DNA of 64,000 nucleotides from Mobula hypostoma (lineage: Eukaryota), in NCBI RefSeq assembly GCF_963921235.1, contig NC_086097.1:164054001-164118000 (forward strand), in the 5' to 3' direction. The position numbers and the translations under genes were made by a program. Within the stretch, counting starts at the first letter, position 1, and every line of letters starts with the position of its first letter. A model generated the notes under the pieces. It had not been told where the DNA came from. It saw only the letters and a list, made by a program, of their open reading frames with translations, and made no database searches. Positions 25,655-37,745 of this stretch are shown one piece after another.

Positions 25655-26940
25655 AATTCAAAGTTCGAAGTAAATTTATTATCAAAGTACATACAAGTCA
25701 CCATATAAAACACTGAGATTTCTTTTCTTGCGGGCATTCGCAGTAAATCCAAGAAACACAGTAGAATCTATGAAAAACTGCACCTAACAGAACAAACAAT
25801 CAATGCACAAAAGACAACAAACTGCGCAAATATAAAAGAGAAAAGAAAAACATTAATAACTAAATAAACAACAAATATTGAGAACCTGAGATGTAGAGTC
25901 CTTGAAAGTGAGTCCATAGGTTGTGGAAACAGTTCAGTGATGGGGCAAGTGAAGTTATCCCCTTTGGTTCAAGAGCCTGATGGTTGAAGGATACTTACTG
26001 ATCCTGAACCTGGTGGTGTGGGTCTTGAGGCTCCTGTACCAGCAGTAAAATGAGAATATGGTCTGGGTGGTGGAGTACTTGACGACAGATCCTGCTTGTC
26101 TGCAGCAGTGCTTCATGCAGATGTGCCCAATGCTCTGGAGCACTTTACCCATGATGGACTGGGTCGTATCCACTACTTTTTGTAGGACTTTCCATTCAAG
26201 GGCATTGGTGTTTCCATACCAGGCCATGATGCATCCAGTCAATATACTCTCCACCACACATCTTTAGGTGTTTGTCATTTAGATGTCATGTTGAATCTTT
26301 GCAAAATCCTAACGAAGTATAAGCACTACCATATTTTCTTCATAATTACACTTGCTCAGCCAGGACAGGTCCTCTGAAATGATAACACCGAGGAATTTAA
26401 AGCTGCTGACTGTCACCATCTCAGATCCCCCAATGAGGACTGGCGTTTGGAGCTCTGGTTTCCTCCTCTTAAAGTCAATAATTAGTTCCTTGCTTTTGCT
26501 GATGTTGAGTGAAAGGTAGTTGTGGCACCACTCAGCCAGAATTTCAATCTCCCCATTGAATGCTGATTCGTCACCATCTTTGATTCGGCCGACTACAGTG
26601 GTGTCCGTCAACAAACTTAAATGTGCAACACGCACAACACGCTAGAGGAACTCAGCAGGTCAGGCAGCATCCGTGGAAATGAACAGTCAATGTTTCCACG
26701 GTTGCTGCCCGACCTGCTGAGTTCCTCCAGCGTGTTGCTTTGACCCTAACATCTGCAGAGTATTTTGTGCTAAACTTAAATACGCATTGGAGCTGTGCTT
26801 AGCCTCAACGACATAGATATAAAAATGAGTAGGGCATGGTGCTAAACGCAGAGTCCTGTGGTGCACTTGTGCTGATGGAGATTGTGGAGGAGATGTTGTT
26901 GTCAATCTGAACTGACTGGGGTCTGCAAGTGAGAAAATCA
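25655..26940 (-). mobile_element. Rex/Babar-like LINE 3' part
   Basis: DTTVVGRI, LNISKSKELIIDF, FKFLGVIISEDLSW, ESILTGCIMAWYGN; TTTGAA-type tail. Confidence 0.8.
26623..26771. mobile_element. Fold-back mini-element with 10-bp TSD, inside a Rex/Babar-like LINE
   Basis: AAACTTAAAT at 26613-26622 and 26772-26781; the related LINE copy near 50175 is uninterrupted here. Confidence 0.85.
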
Positions 26941-28076
26941 AGCTATTTGATTTTCCTTAGGAAATTCATTCAAAGTGGAAGAATTCAATTTAAAACCAAG
27001 TCCAGAGGAATAAAGGGACAGAAGCATTTGCTTCAAAGGAAAAGCATAAAGGAACGATATTAAAATTTTGACTTTTCTACGCTCTTCAACAATAATTCAT
27101 TACCTGAATGAATGAGGGATTCCAGTTGTATCATTCACCTTCTTAACCAGACTGACTGATTTTCAATGACTAATGGTTCATTTAGTAACCATTACTACAC
27201 AGCTGAAGAGGGTTAATTCTATCATTTATTGGATGTTACTTTCTAAGGGCATATATCAGAGGCATATACTGTAGGGTGTTGAGTGTGAGGTGTCATTTTC
27301 ATAAATCTGACAGTGGAATCTTGAAAATGATCAAATTTGTGAGTCTAGAGTAATGCATTAATGATGGTGTGCTTTATTCATGTCCATTTGTATGTTACCA
27401 GCAAATCTCAGCCCACGTGTCCCAAATACACTTTGCAAAGAGGAAATCTCAAGCAGAGCAAAGTAATGAAAGACTTCTGAAGATTTAATGCAATGTAGGA
27501 TGAAGGAAAACATTGGTCCAGACGTAGTGACTTTTGTTGAGTTGAGAAGAGAAGGAACTGAGGAAGGAGAAGGGAGCAAATCACTTCCCTTATTGAAGGA
27601 GGAGAGATGTATGATGTCCGGTTGATACAAACCACTCTTGCTTTGTGTTTAGTTTGAGAGCGGAGAACAGACATTTCCCCAATAAGGAATAGTTCAGTAA
27701 AGAGTATCTAGAAGAGAAACACATCTAAATGAAAATGATCTTCTAATTGGTCACGTTGTTTTGTACATTAGCTGCATAAAGGTAAGCTATCGTGTAAATT
27801 GGGCAGTTATTTCTTTCGCATTGAATATTTTATGGAAGTGATGCAGCTCTCTATGGTTAATAAACAAATGTAAGATTTTAAATTCTTTTCTGTGCAAGAG
27901 AAATTGGTTATCAACAAAATATGTTGCATTGTCCGTAACATTCAATTTCTTTGAGAGAGAATTGTTGTAACATGTATGTAGGAGTATGGACACTGAGTAA
28001 TTATTGTTGCTAGTCTAGCTTCAGTCTGGCTTTTTTTTCTCATGCATGCTGACCTGGAAATCTTCCTTTGCCTTAG

Positions 28077-28151
28077 CTGCGATAATTGTGACTCAGCTTA
28101 CAACACCATACATTCGCATCGCCCCTGCTGCAGGCGACAACCAACTAACAG
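28077..28151 (+). CDS. PTPRM: Probable PTPRM alternative cassette exon, 75 nt, phase 1-1 (AAIIVTQLTTPYIRIAPAAGDNQLT)
   Basis: Acceptor tcttcctttgccttAG (28075-28076), donor AG|GTCAGA at 28152. Length divisible by 3, no stop, phase fits flanking exons. Resembles a PTPRM juxtamembrane insert I recall from tetrapod isoforms (not verified). Confidence 0.8.
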
Positions 28152-29394
28152 GTCAGATGTTCAACTACAGACCAGTCATAGTGCCTTTCTTTTTTGCCTC
28201 TTCGTCACTCACTCTCTCCCTTCACTTTCTGAGGTTTATTTTTTCTTGCTCTGTTACCTTCCACACAGCAAGTTCTTTTTGTTCTCACTACTGACATTCA
28301 CCCCAACCTTAGGAGTTTGCAACTAACCCAGACACTTAGGGTATCTCTCTTCACTGCATGTTTTCATATTGCATTTCGTCTGTGAATGACTCATTGGGCC
28401 CGATGTGCGTAGATGTATGACTACCCTGACCTTACACTAACTCGTGACTGGACAGAGAAATACTATGGTGGAGAAATTAGTCTTTAGTTGTCAAACTCAA
28501 ATGTACATGGAAGAAATGGTCTCCAGTTGCACTGCTTTCTACATCCAGTTCCTCTGAAGGCATTAAATGTACAGATGTGAGTGAATCAGTTTTGTTGCAT
28601 ATTCGTGCTGATGACCAGAGGCAAATTTCTCCCCCAACGTTATCTTTGCTTGTGCACAGTTCCTTGAAGAGATTATTAAGTTGGCCTACTGGACAGTCAA
28701 TCACAGGACGATTTGAATAGACACACTATATTCATACCTCCATGAGCATAGTGTTGTGCTGATTGAGTTAAAGCAGAGTGGAGGGGTGGGGCTATGATGC
28801 ACTAAAGTATATTTTGGTCAACAACCACTTCAAGTCCCTTGGTGAGAGACCATTTCCAATTTGAAACCTTCACATATTTTACTATTCAAATGTGTGCATA
28901 CCACAATCAATTCCAGTCTTGCCATTAAATGTCCACTCTGTTCAGTATAAATTTTTTCATCTGCTTCCCCATAAACAATAGTAATGCCTCCCAGATAATA
29001 TCAGATAATTTCAGTTCATTTTTTTGTAAAGAAGCCCTGGTGGATTCATTGGCTAACTGAAAATAGAGCTTAAGGTTTGTAAGTGTATTCAAATTCTATG
29101 TCATCAAAATATTGGTAGCTTATTTTCAGGTGGGGAAATTTGTATAACACTACTATTTAATTGGCCATTTCTCATGTGCATTTTGTTATATCTAAAAGCT
29201 ATTCAAATATCAATTGCAGCTCAATGGTAGCAAATTGCCAAGGGCAGAATATTGTTAGTTTAAGTCCCATTCGAAAGGATAGAATACAGAAACTAGGCTA
29301 GCATTCCAGTCAAGTATCGTCTTTAGAGGGTTATCTTTCACATGAGTATGTCAAGCAGTAGTAAATCAAGGCAACTGGACTTGCTGTGTTGTCT

Positions 29395-29436
29395 AGAAGA
29401 TATTTCGCCAATCGTCTGAGAGGTTTCTTCAGTTCT
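29395..29436 (-). ncRNA. Second, more degenerate hammerhead motif of the same element
   Basis: Minus strand reads AGAA-CTGAAGA-A-ACCTCTC-agac-GATTGGC-GAAA-TA-TC-TTCT. Confidence 0.65.
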
Positions 29437-29755
29437 GATCCATGGTGGGGAGTTTCCTGGTTTACTAACTCTGTGAGTTGTTTAAAGATATAGTAATCAC
29501 ATGATGAGAATATTTCTTTTGTTAAGAGGCTGTTAAGAGTTGTAAAGGTAATGAGAGAGTCATTAGTCTTATATTTGCATGAATGGAGGTGTGAACTGTT
29601 GTGGCGACACCGGGGTAGAGATGTTCAGACTGCATTCTGAGTAGCTGATAGGTGGTATCGTACTCCACCCCTCTGTTCAGGCATGGGTTTTCCAGTTTGG
29701 TAAAGATAGCATCTTTAACCCTGCTTTCAAACCACCTGTCCTCCCTGTCCAAAAT

Positions 29756-32700
29756 AAGACCATGAGACAAAGGAGCAGAAGTCGGCCATTCGGCCCATCG
29801 AGTCTGCTCTGCCATTTAATCATGAGCTGATCCATTCTCCCATTTAGTCCCACTCCCCCGCCTTCTCACCGTAACATTTGATGCCTTGGCTACTCAGATA
29901 CCTATCAATCTCTGCCTTAAATACACCCAATGACTTGACTTCTACTGCTGCCCATGGCAACAAATTCCACAGATTCACCACCCTCTGGCTAAAAAAGTTC
30001 TTTTCCATCTCTGTTCTGAATGGGCGCCCTTCACTCCTTAAGTCATGCTCTCTCGTACTAGACTCCCCCACCATGCAAAACAACTTTGCCACATCCACTC
30101 TGTCCACGCCTTTCAACATTCGAAATGTTTCTAGGAGGACTCCCCTCATTCTTCTAAAATCCAAGGAGTGCAGTCCAAGAGCGGTCAAATGTTCCTTATA
30201 TGTTAACCCTCTCTCTCCTGGAATCATTCTAGTGAATCTTCTCTGAACCCTCTCCAACGTCAGCACATCCTTTCTTAAATAAGGAGCCCAAAACTGCACA
30301 CAGTACTCCAAGTGAGGTCTTACCAATGCCTTATAGAGCCTCAACATCACATCCCTGCTCCTATACTCTATTACTCTAGAAATGAATGCCAACATTGCAT
30401 TCGCCTTCTTCACCACTGACTCAACCTGGAGGTTAACCTTAAGGGTATCCTGCACGAGGACTCCCAAGTCCCGTTGCATCTCAGAACTTTGAATGCTCTC
30501 CCCATTTAAATAATAGTCTGCCCGTTTATTTCTGCTACCAAAGTGCATGACAATACACTTTCCAACATTGTATTTCATTAGCCACTTCTTTGCTCATTAT
30601 CCCAATCTATCCAAGTCTCTCTGCAGACTCTCTGTTTCCTCTGCACTACCGGCCCCTCCACCTATCTTTGTATCATCAGCAAACTTAGCCACAAAGCCAT
30701 CTATTCCATTATCCAAATCGTTAATGTACAACGTAAAAAGAAGCAGCCCCAACATGGACCCCTGTGGAACACCACTGGTAACCGGCAGCCAACGAGAATA
30801 GGATCCCTTTATTCCCACTCTGTTTCCTGCCAATCAGCCAACGCTCTATCCACGTATGTAACTTTCCCGTAATTCCATGGATTCTTATCTTGTTTATCAG
30901 CCTCATGTGCAGCACCTTGTCAAAGGCCTTCTCAAAAAATCCAAATATACAACATCCGCTGCATCTCCATTGTCTAGCCTACTTGTAATTTCCTCAAAAA
31001 ATTGCAATAGGTTTGTCAGGCAGGATTTTCCTTTAAGGAAACCATGCTGAGTTCTGCCTATCTTGTCATATACCTCCAGGTACTCCGTAACTTCATCCTT
31101 GACAATCGACTCCAACAACTTCCCAACCACCGATGTCAAGCTAAGAGGTCTATAATTTCCTTTTTGCTTCCTTGCCCCCTTCTTAAATAGCGGAGTGACA
31201 TTTGCAATCTTCCAGTCCTCCGGAACCATGCCAGAATCTATTGACTTTTGAAAGATCATCGCTAATGCCTCCGCAATCTCCACAGCTACTTCCTTCAGAA
31301 CATGAGGGTGCATTCCATCTGGTCCGGGAGATTTATCTACCCTTAGACTATTCAGCTTCCTGAGTACTTTCTCTGTCGTAATTGTGACTGCACACACTTC
31401 TCTTCCCTGCCACCCTTGAGTGTCCGGTATACTGCTGATGTTGCTGATGTCTTCCTCAGTGAAGACTGATGCAAAATACTTGTTCAGTTCCTCCGCCATC
31501 TCCTTATCTCCCATGACAATTCCTCCAGCATCATTTTCTATCGGCCCTATACCTACTCTCACCTGTCTTTTACTCTTTATATACTTCAAAAAGCTTTTAG
31601 TCTCCTTTGATATTATTTGCTAGCTTCCTTTCATAGTTCATTTTTTCCCTCTTAATGACCTTCTTAGTTTCCTTTTGTATGCTTTTAAAAACTTACCAAT
31701 CCTCTGTGCTTCCCACTAATTTTTGCTTCCTTGTATGCCCTCTCCTTTGCTTTAACTTTGGCTTTGACTTCTCTTGTCAGCCGTGGTTGCATCCTTTTTC
31801 CATTTGAAAATTTCTTCTTTTTTGGAATATATCTGTCTTGCATCCTCCTCACTTCTCGCATAAACTCCAGCCACTGCTGCTCTGCAGTCCTTCCCGCTAG
31901 TGTCCCTTTCCAGTCAACTTTGGCCAGTTCCTCTCTCATGCCACTGTAATTTCCTTTACTCCACTGAAATACCGACTCATCGGATTTCGGCTTCTCTTTT
32001 TCAGATTTCACAGTGAACTCAATCATGTTATGTTCACTGCCTCCTAAGGGTTCCTTCACCTCAATCTCTCTAATCACCTCCGGTTCATTACACAATACCC
32101 AATCCAGTACAGCCGATCCCCTAGTGGGCCCAACAACAAGCTGTTCTCAAAAGCCATCTCGTAGACATTCTACAAATTCTCTCTCTTGAGATCCAGTGCT
32201 GACCTGATTTTCCCAATCCACTCACATGTTAAAATCCCCCACAATTATCATAACACTGCCCTTCTGACAAGCCTTTTCTATTTCCTGTTGTAATTTGTAG
32301 TCCACATCCCTGCAGCTGTTTGGAGGCCTGTGTATAACTGCCATCAGGGTCCGTTTACCCCTGCGATTTCTTAGCTCAACCCATAAAGATTCTGAACCTT
32401 CTGATCCTATGTCACCTCTTTCTAATGATTTAATATCATTTCTTACCAATAAAGCCACACCACTCCCTCTGCCTACCTGCTTATCCCTCCGATACACCGT
32501 GTATCCTTGGATGTTCAGCTCCCAGAGACATGCATCCTTTAGCCACGTCTCAGTGATGGACACAATATCATACCTGTCAATCTGTAGCTGTACAACAAGA
32601 TCATCCACCTTATTCCTTATGCTGCGTGCATTTAAGTATAACACCTTAAGTCCAGTATTTGGTACTTTTTGCTTTGATTGCACTGCAACTCATCCCATTG

Positions 32701-33483
32701 GCTGCAAATTTGCCCCATCACCTGCCTGTCCTCCCTGACATCTTTACTGCTCACTGTCTTAGATTTATTTCTGTTTTCCCCCTCCTGCTCTATCATTCCG
32801 GTTCCCATCTCCCTGCCAAGTTAGTTTAAACCCTCCCTAACAGCTCTATTAAACCTTCGCGCCAGGATATTGGTCCCCTTTGGATTCAGGTGTAACCAGT
32901 CCCTTTTGAACAGGTCATACTTCCCCCAGAAGAGATCCCAATGATCCAAGAACCTGAAGCCCTGTCTCCTGCACCAGTCTCTCGGCACGCATTCATCTGC
33001 CTGATCCTACTATTCTTGCCCTCGCTAGCACGTGGCACAGGTATCAATCCAGAGATTATTACCCTGGAAGGTCCTGCTTCTCAGCTTCCTTCCTAATTTC
33101 TGGAAATCTCCCTTCAGGACCTCCTGTCTTTTCCTATCTATGTTATTGGTACCAACATGAACAAAGACAGCTGGCTGCTCGCCCTCTTCCTTCAGAATAT
33201 TCTGGACCCGATCCCAGACATCCCGTACCCTGGCACCTGGGAGGCAACACACCATGCGGGTATCTCTATCGGGCTCACAGAATCTCCTGTCCGTTCCCCT
33301 GACTATGGAACCCCCTATGACTACCGCATTCCTCTTCTCCCTCCTTCCCTCCTGCACAACAGCGCCAGACTCAGTGCCAGAGACCCGGTCACCCTCTGTC
33401 AGGTCATCCCCCTCAACAGCATCCAAAACCAGATAGTTGTTGCTGAGGGGGGCAGCCACAGAGGTGCTCTCCACTATCCAGGC
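29756..33483 (-). mobile_element. CR1 LINE, 5'-truncated in ORF1, ORF2 near complete with a few frameshifts/stops
   Basis: ORF1 VVIGGSIVRG/VHVGTNN. ORF2 YLNARSIRNK, ITETWL, VGDFN, KSPGPDG, NYRPLSLTS, GVPQGS, FADD, RPHLEYC. Tail TCTCATGGTCTTAT. Confidence 0.92.
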
Positions 33484-33910
33484 ATTTTGTTATCAACAAA
33501 GGAGCGTCCCTTGTTCCTTGGTGTAGATACACAGCTGGGTCTGGACCTGAGGTGTTAGCTCTACTATTTTGGGCCATCCATTTGTGAAGTGGTTGTTTTG
33601 TCTCGCCGATAACAGATCTGTGCAGTTCTCATTGCATTGGATAGCATAAACAATATTGTTCTGTTTATGTTTGAGTGTAGGATCCTGGGGCTGGACAAGT
33701 TTCTGTCTGAGTGTGTTTGTAGGTTTGAAAAACACAGGGATTTGGTGACTGTTGAAAATCCTTCTGAGTTTCTCTGAAACACCAGCTACATATGGGATGA
33801 CTATATTTTTCCATCTGCTTTGGTCCTTACTTTAGACTGTTTGGATGATGTTCCTGTTGGTTTTTGTTGCTGTCTTGATGAAGACCCAGTCAGGGTACCC
33901 ACCATGGATA

Positions 33911-33952
33911 GGAACTGAAGAAGCCTCTCAGATGAGTGGCGAAACATCTTCC
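33911..33952 (+). ncRNA. Minimal type I hammerhead ribozyme motif in a Penelope terminal repeat
   Basis: GGAA-CTGAAGA-A-GCCTCTC-agat-GAGTGGC-GAAA-CA-TC-TTCC: stem I, catalytic core, stem II (one mismatch), GAAA and UH site. Confidence 0.75.
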
Positions 33953-35901
33953 AGACAACACAGCAAGTCCAGTTGCCTTGATTTACTACTGCTTGATATA
34001 CAATGACCTGGATGACTGAGAACATTCACAGACATATTTCACGAGTAGTTAAACTGAGGCATTGTCTGCCCTCACTGGTGGATGTAAAGTATTCCACTGC
34101 ATTACCTTGAAGTGCAAGGGAGATATCTCAGAAGTCCTCACCAACATATATTCTCAACCACAATGATTACCTGGTGACTGTCATGTTGCTCTTTGTGGGA
34201 TACTGCAGTGCTGTTGTATTTCCTGTGCAACAGCAGTGACAATGACTTTGCTGGGTTTAAAGTATCCCAATGTTGTGAAAGGTGGGAAGGCCTTTTTTCC
34301 CCCTCTGTTTTGCAAGTATTTCACTGGAAAGTGCTACTAAGATATGGGTCCAATTAATAGCTTTCAAATATTCCAAAGGGTGTTATGGGATGAGTAGTTT
34401 AGCACCCGATAAATATTTACATTGCTTGCCAAATTTCACATGAACAATTTTCTGGGGAAACATGTACACCTGGAATAGACTGTCCTGCAGGCCTTTAATC
34501 TGTTGGTAGCTCTCCCAAATGTGGCTAGACAACAAGGAAAAATATTCACAAAGAACTACTCTGATCAGCATGCATGGACTTTCTCCTCTTTCCAAGTCAT
34601 TTGTGTGTAGGTTAAGGTCGAGGTGAACAATTACTGTGTAAATCTTTCAATGAATAATACTCCAAAAAGTGTGAATGATTAAGGGCAACAAGTACCAGAA
34701 TCAGAATGATTGGTGGCAAATCCTGGAACGTTAATGGCCTTGTAAACCTAAATGGCTCAGTGTTGACTAAACACAAATACGGAAAATGAGGAATGTGCAG
34801 CACTTAATTGGCACCAGAGCCAACATGAAAATAAAATACGTTATAAATGATGCATAGAATATGCAAAATACAATTATATTTGGGTATTTTTAATAGATCA
34901 CCTTTACCAAATTATTGTACGCAACAATTGTTATGGGTAGTCTCAATTGAAGGGCATTACTTTGTTTATGTTTGATAAAAATTTGGAATCTGAACTCTTC
35001 TTGAGCAAAAGTTTTGGCAAATGTTAATTTCTCTGTTCTGTCCTGAAATGCAGGGGGGCAGCTAGAACTGCTTTACATTTTAATCTTGTGGCTCTTCTAT
35101 AGCACATTTGTAGAGGGTCAAGTTTATCTGCCTCACAGGAGCCTGATGTAAAATGAAACAGACTTTCATACTTTCTGCAACACAAACCAAATACATTTTA
35201 ATGCTCTCTGGTGTTACTTAAGATTTATTGCTCCTCTTTTTCTTGTATTTGTGAGATAAATTTGTCATTTCAACCATGGTTATCTAAGCTATGACACTGC
35301 ACAGTAATGTGAAAATATTAAGAGCCTACATACTGTGCAGGGTGTATGAATGTTCTATGATAGCTTATTGAAACAAATGACTGGCAATATTTCTTTGCTG
35401 TTCCTACAATATCAGAATGGATTGATGGACAAATTAGCTCATTCTGAATATACTATTTAAACAAATTAACTGGAAATGGAAAGTTCTTTCACTTTTGGGC
35501 CGATATTTTGACGAAACAATAGGAAAAATATAATCACTTCCATTGATTTTGCCTCTGTATAAAATTTTCTTCCATGTGGATGGAACACTGGTTATAAATT
35601 GACTTGAGATTTTAAGCCATACATAGCTTCTCCAAAAGCAGAGTTTCTCTCAGATATATCTCACTCAAATTCATATCAAGGGCAGGCTGTGATGATGTGG
35701 ACTACTTAATCTAGGTTTCACATTTGAGACGGAAGGGGATTTAATTTGAAGCATGCAGTAAGTGATAATATTAGCCAATTTATCTTCCTAGCGTTAACTA
35801 AGAAACAGAAAACTGGAATAGGTTCCCCCACCCCCACCAGCTTCATTTGACCTCTGCTGACATGCTGCCCAGTTTGAGGATGGGTTCATCTAGTGATAAG
35901 C

Positions 35902-36095
35902 CAGCCGGTGGCCAGCACTGAAATTCAAGGTGAATGGTCCCAAGTTCAAATCCAGCCAGCCAGCTCCTTGCACAGTCTCTATTTGTGCTGGGTTGAGTAG
36001 CGAGCTATCAACTCGGCCTCATAAAAAAAAGTCAAATGCTATGAAGGTGACAAAAATGTCGCCCGATGCACTGCAAGGTGGGAAAAGGAACAACA
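35902..36095 (+). mobile_element. Probable tRNA-derived SINE
   Basis: B-box GTTCAAATCC near 35944; decayed A-box upstream. Confidence 0.45.
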
Positions 36096-37609
36096 GTCTA
36101 GTGCTGGAGCTCTTGGACAAATATCCCCTCAGGTGAATGAAGCTGACCCGGTTTTGACTAAAGGGGGAAATGTCTGCAGAGCTTTAGTGAAGTTTGCTGT
36201 GGTGTGGGATCTAATGGCAGCAATTGAGCATTATGGTCAGAATCCAGTAGGATCTGTCTAGCATAATAAGATAATTATAATATGGTACTAATAAATGGTT
36301 TAAAAGCAAGATAACTTGGTTAGTTAACATATTTGTATTTTAACTTTAAAAAAGGGGAGAAATGACCAAATTTCCAAAGTAATTTTTCCAAATAGTGAGT
36401 GGTCTGCACAGCCTGAAATGAGGTTGGCACCAGACGTTTTTTGCAGCATTCAAATAGCATCAGAGTGAACTCTTGAAGGTCTGAAAATTATAGCCAAATT
36501 GGGGAAAGAGTGGAACTAAATGGAAGCATCTAGCAAATAGATAGCGCAGGTATATTGAAATGAATGGCCCTTTTCCTTGATGCATTATTGTTAGGATGCC
36601 ATCATGGAAAAGGTATAGGTGGAAGTGGGAAGGGAGTGAGTCAAGTTCAGTATTGGGGAGTATATGAGCCCTCCCCTACAAACTTTCATCTACTAATTCT
36701 GAGGGAAAGGCTATTTCAGCAAATGTTATTGTGACATTCCTTCACACTATACAGGAAACTGTATAAGTAACAGTTGATAAGAAAGCTTCATGTGCCAAAA
36801 TGCTCCTTGCTAGTTATCTCATTCAAGCAGATATTAAATGTTTCTGCCAGGACTCCAATCATTCAGTGCTTGCCTGGATTATGAATAAATAGCTCAATAT
36901 AGCTGTGTGCGTGCAAAATGCAACCAGAATTTGGAATTCTAAAAGGTGGAAGGGGCTGTATTGTCTAAATGAAACAATAGAGATGGAATGCATGCCAAAT
37001 AAGCTTATCTCACTCTTTCAACCACTGGAGCAACTAGTGAAAAAATTACTGTTTTTTCAATAAGATATATTTGAGGGTTAAGTCCTAGCCAATCAACGGT
37101 AGAGAGAGGATTTGTTCATTTCTGATTCAAGTGTATTCAGGTATAGAATTGACAGTTAATATGAAATGGTTGAAGGTTAACTGCTGTTTGTGGATTGATA
37201 ACATTTTTTTTTGGGGGGGGTGTGAAATACTGAAACATCCAGACCACATTGTCTATCTTACCTTGTCTTTCCACGGCACTACATTTCTCAATAAAATTCA
37301 GCCCAGAGAAAGTACTATTAACAAAAAGATGTAGAAGATCCAATTACCTTATTTATGTTGTTTATAGATCAATACGCAAACATAAACTAAAATTTGAAAT
37401 GAATGAATTAATGTGTCTGCCAAAGTCCCACACATCTTTTATAAAAACATTACGTGACCCTATTGATGTGATCATGTGTGCAGCAAAATTTCAAGGCCAG
37501 GATTTGTTTCCTTAGTCTTTAATGTGCATAGTGATTTATATTTTACGGGTGCAAGTGGAGACACCTTGTTTCTTTAATCTTCCTCCTATGTGAATTCACT
37601 GCCTTTCAG

Positions 37610-37745
37610 GAAGCGCGACTCGTAAACCGAGCGCAGAAGAGCCGGAGAAACAGACGGACCACACAGTGAAAATCGCCGGGGTTATTGCTGGAATTCTTCT
37701 GTTTGTCATCATTTTCCTTGGCATTGTGTTGATCATGAAGAAGAG
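37610..37745 (+). CDS. PTPRM: PTPRM transmembrane exon, 136 nt
   Basis: Acceptor gcctttcAG (37608-37609), donor GTATGT at 37746. Translates (G)SATRKPSAEEPEKQTDHTVKIAGVIAGILLFVIIFLGIVLIMKKR; EKQTDHTVKIAGVIAGILLFVIIFLG favours PTPRM over PTPRK/T/U. Confidence 0.95.

Larger units (their letters stand above)
29349..34036 (-). mobile_element. Penelope-like element (GIY-YIG 3' part with inverted terminal repeats), split by the CR1 into 29349-29755 and 33484-34036
   Basis: FKPTNTLRQKLV...NIVYAIQC on the right continues as ILDREDRWFESRVKDAIF...LNRG on the left. About 100-bp inverted repeat at 29351-29449 and 33899-33996. Confidence 0.85.
29216..34285 (+). mobile_element. tRNA-headed Deu-domain SINE (SacSINE1/AmnSINE-like), split into about 29216-29348 and 34048-34285
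   Basis: Left: A-box-like gctcaatggtag and B-box-like gtttaagtccc. Right: gttaaactgagg...gtctgccctc...ggtggatgtaaa...tgtgggat, resembling the Deu core as recalled. Confidence 0.65.

Noticed and set aside
29844..30578. 244-aa ORF as a domesticated gene
   Set aside because: It is the C-terminus of a frameshifted CR1 ORF2 running into the element's 3' tail.
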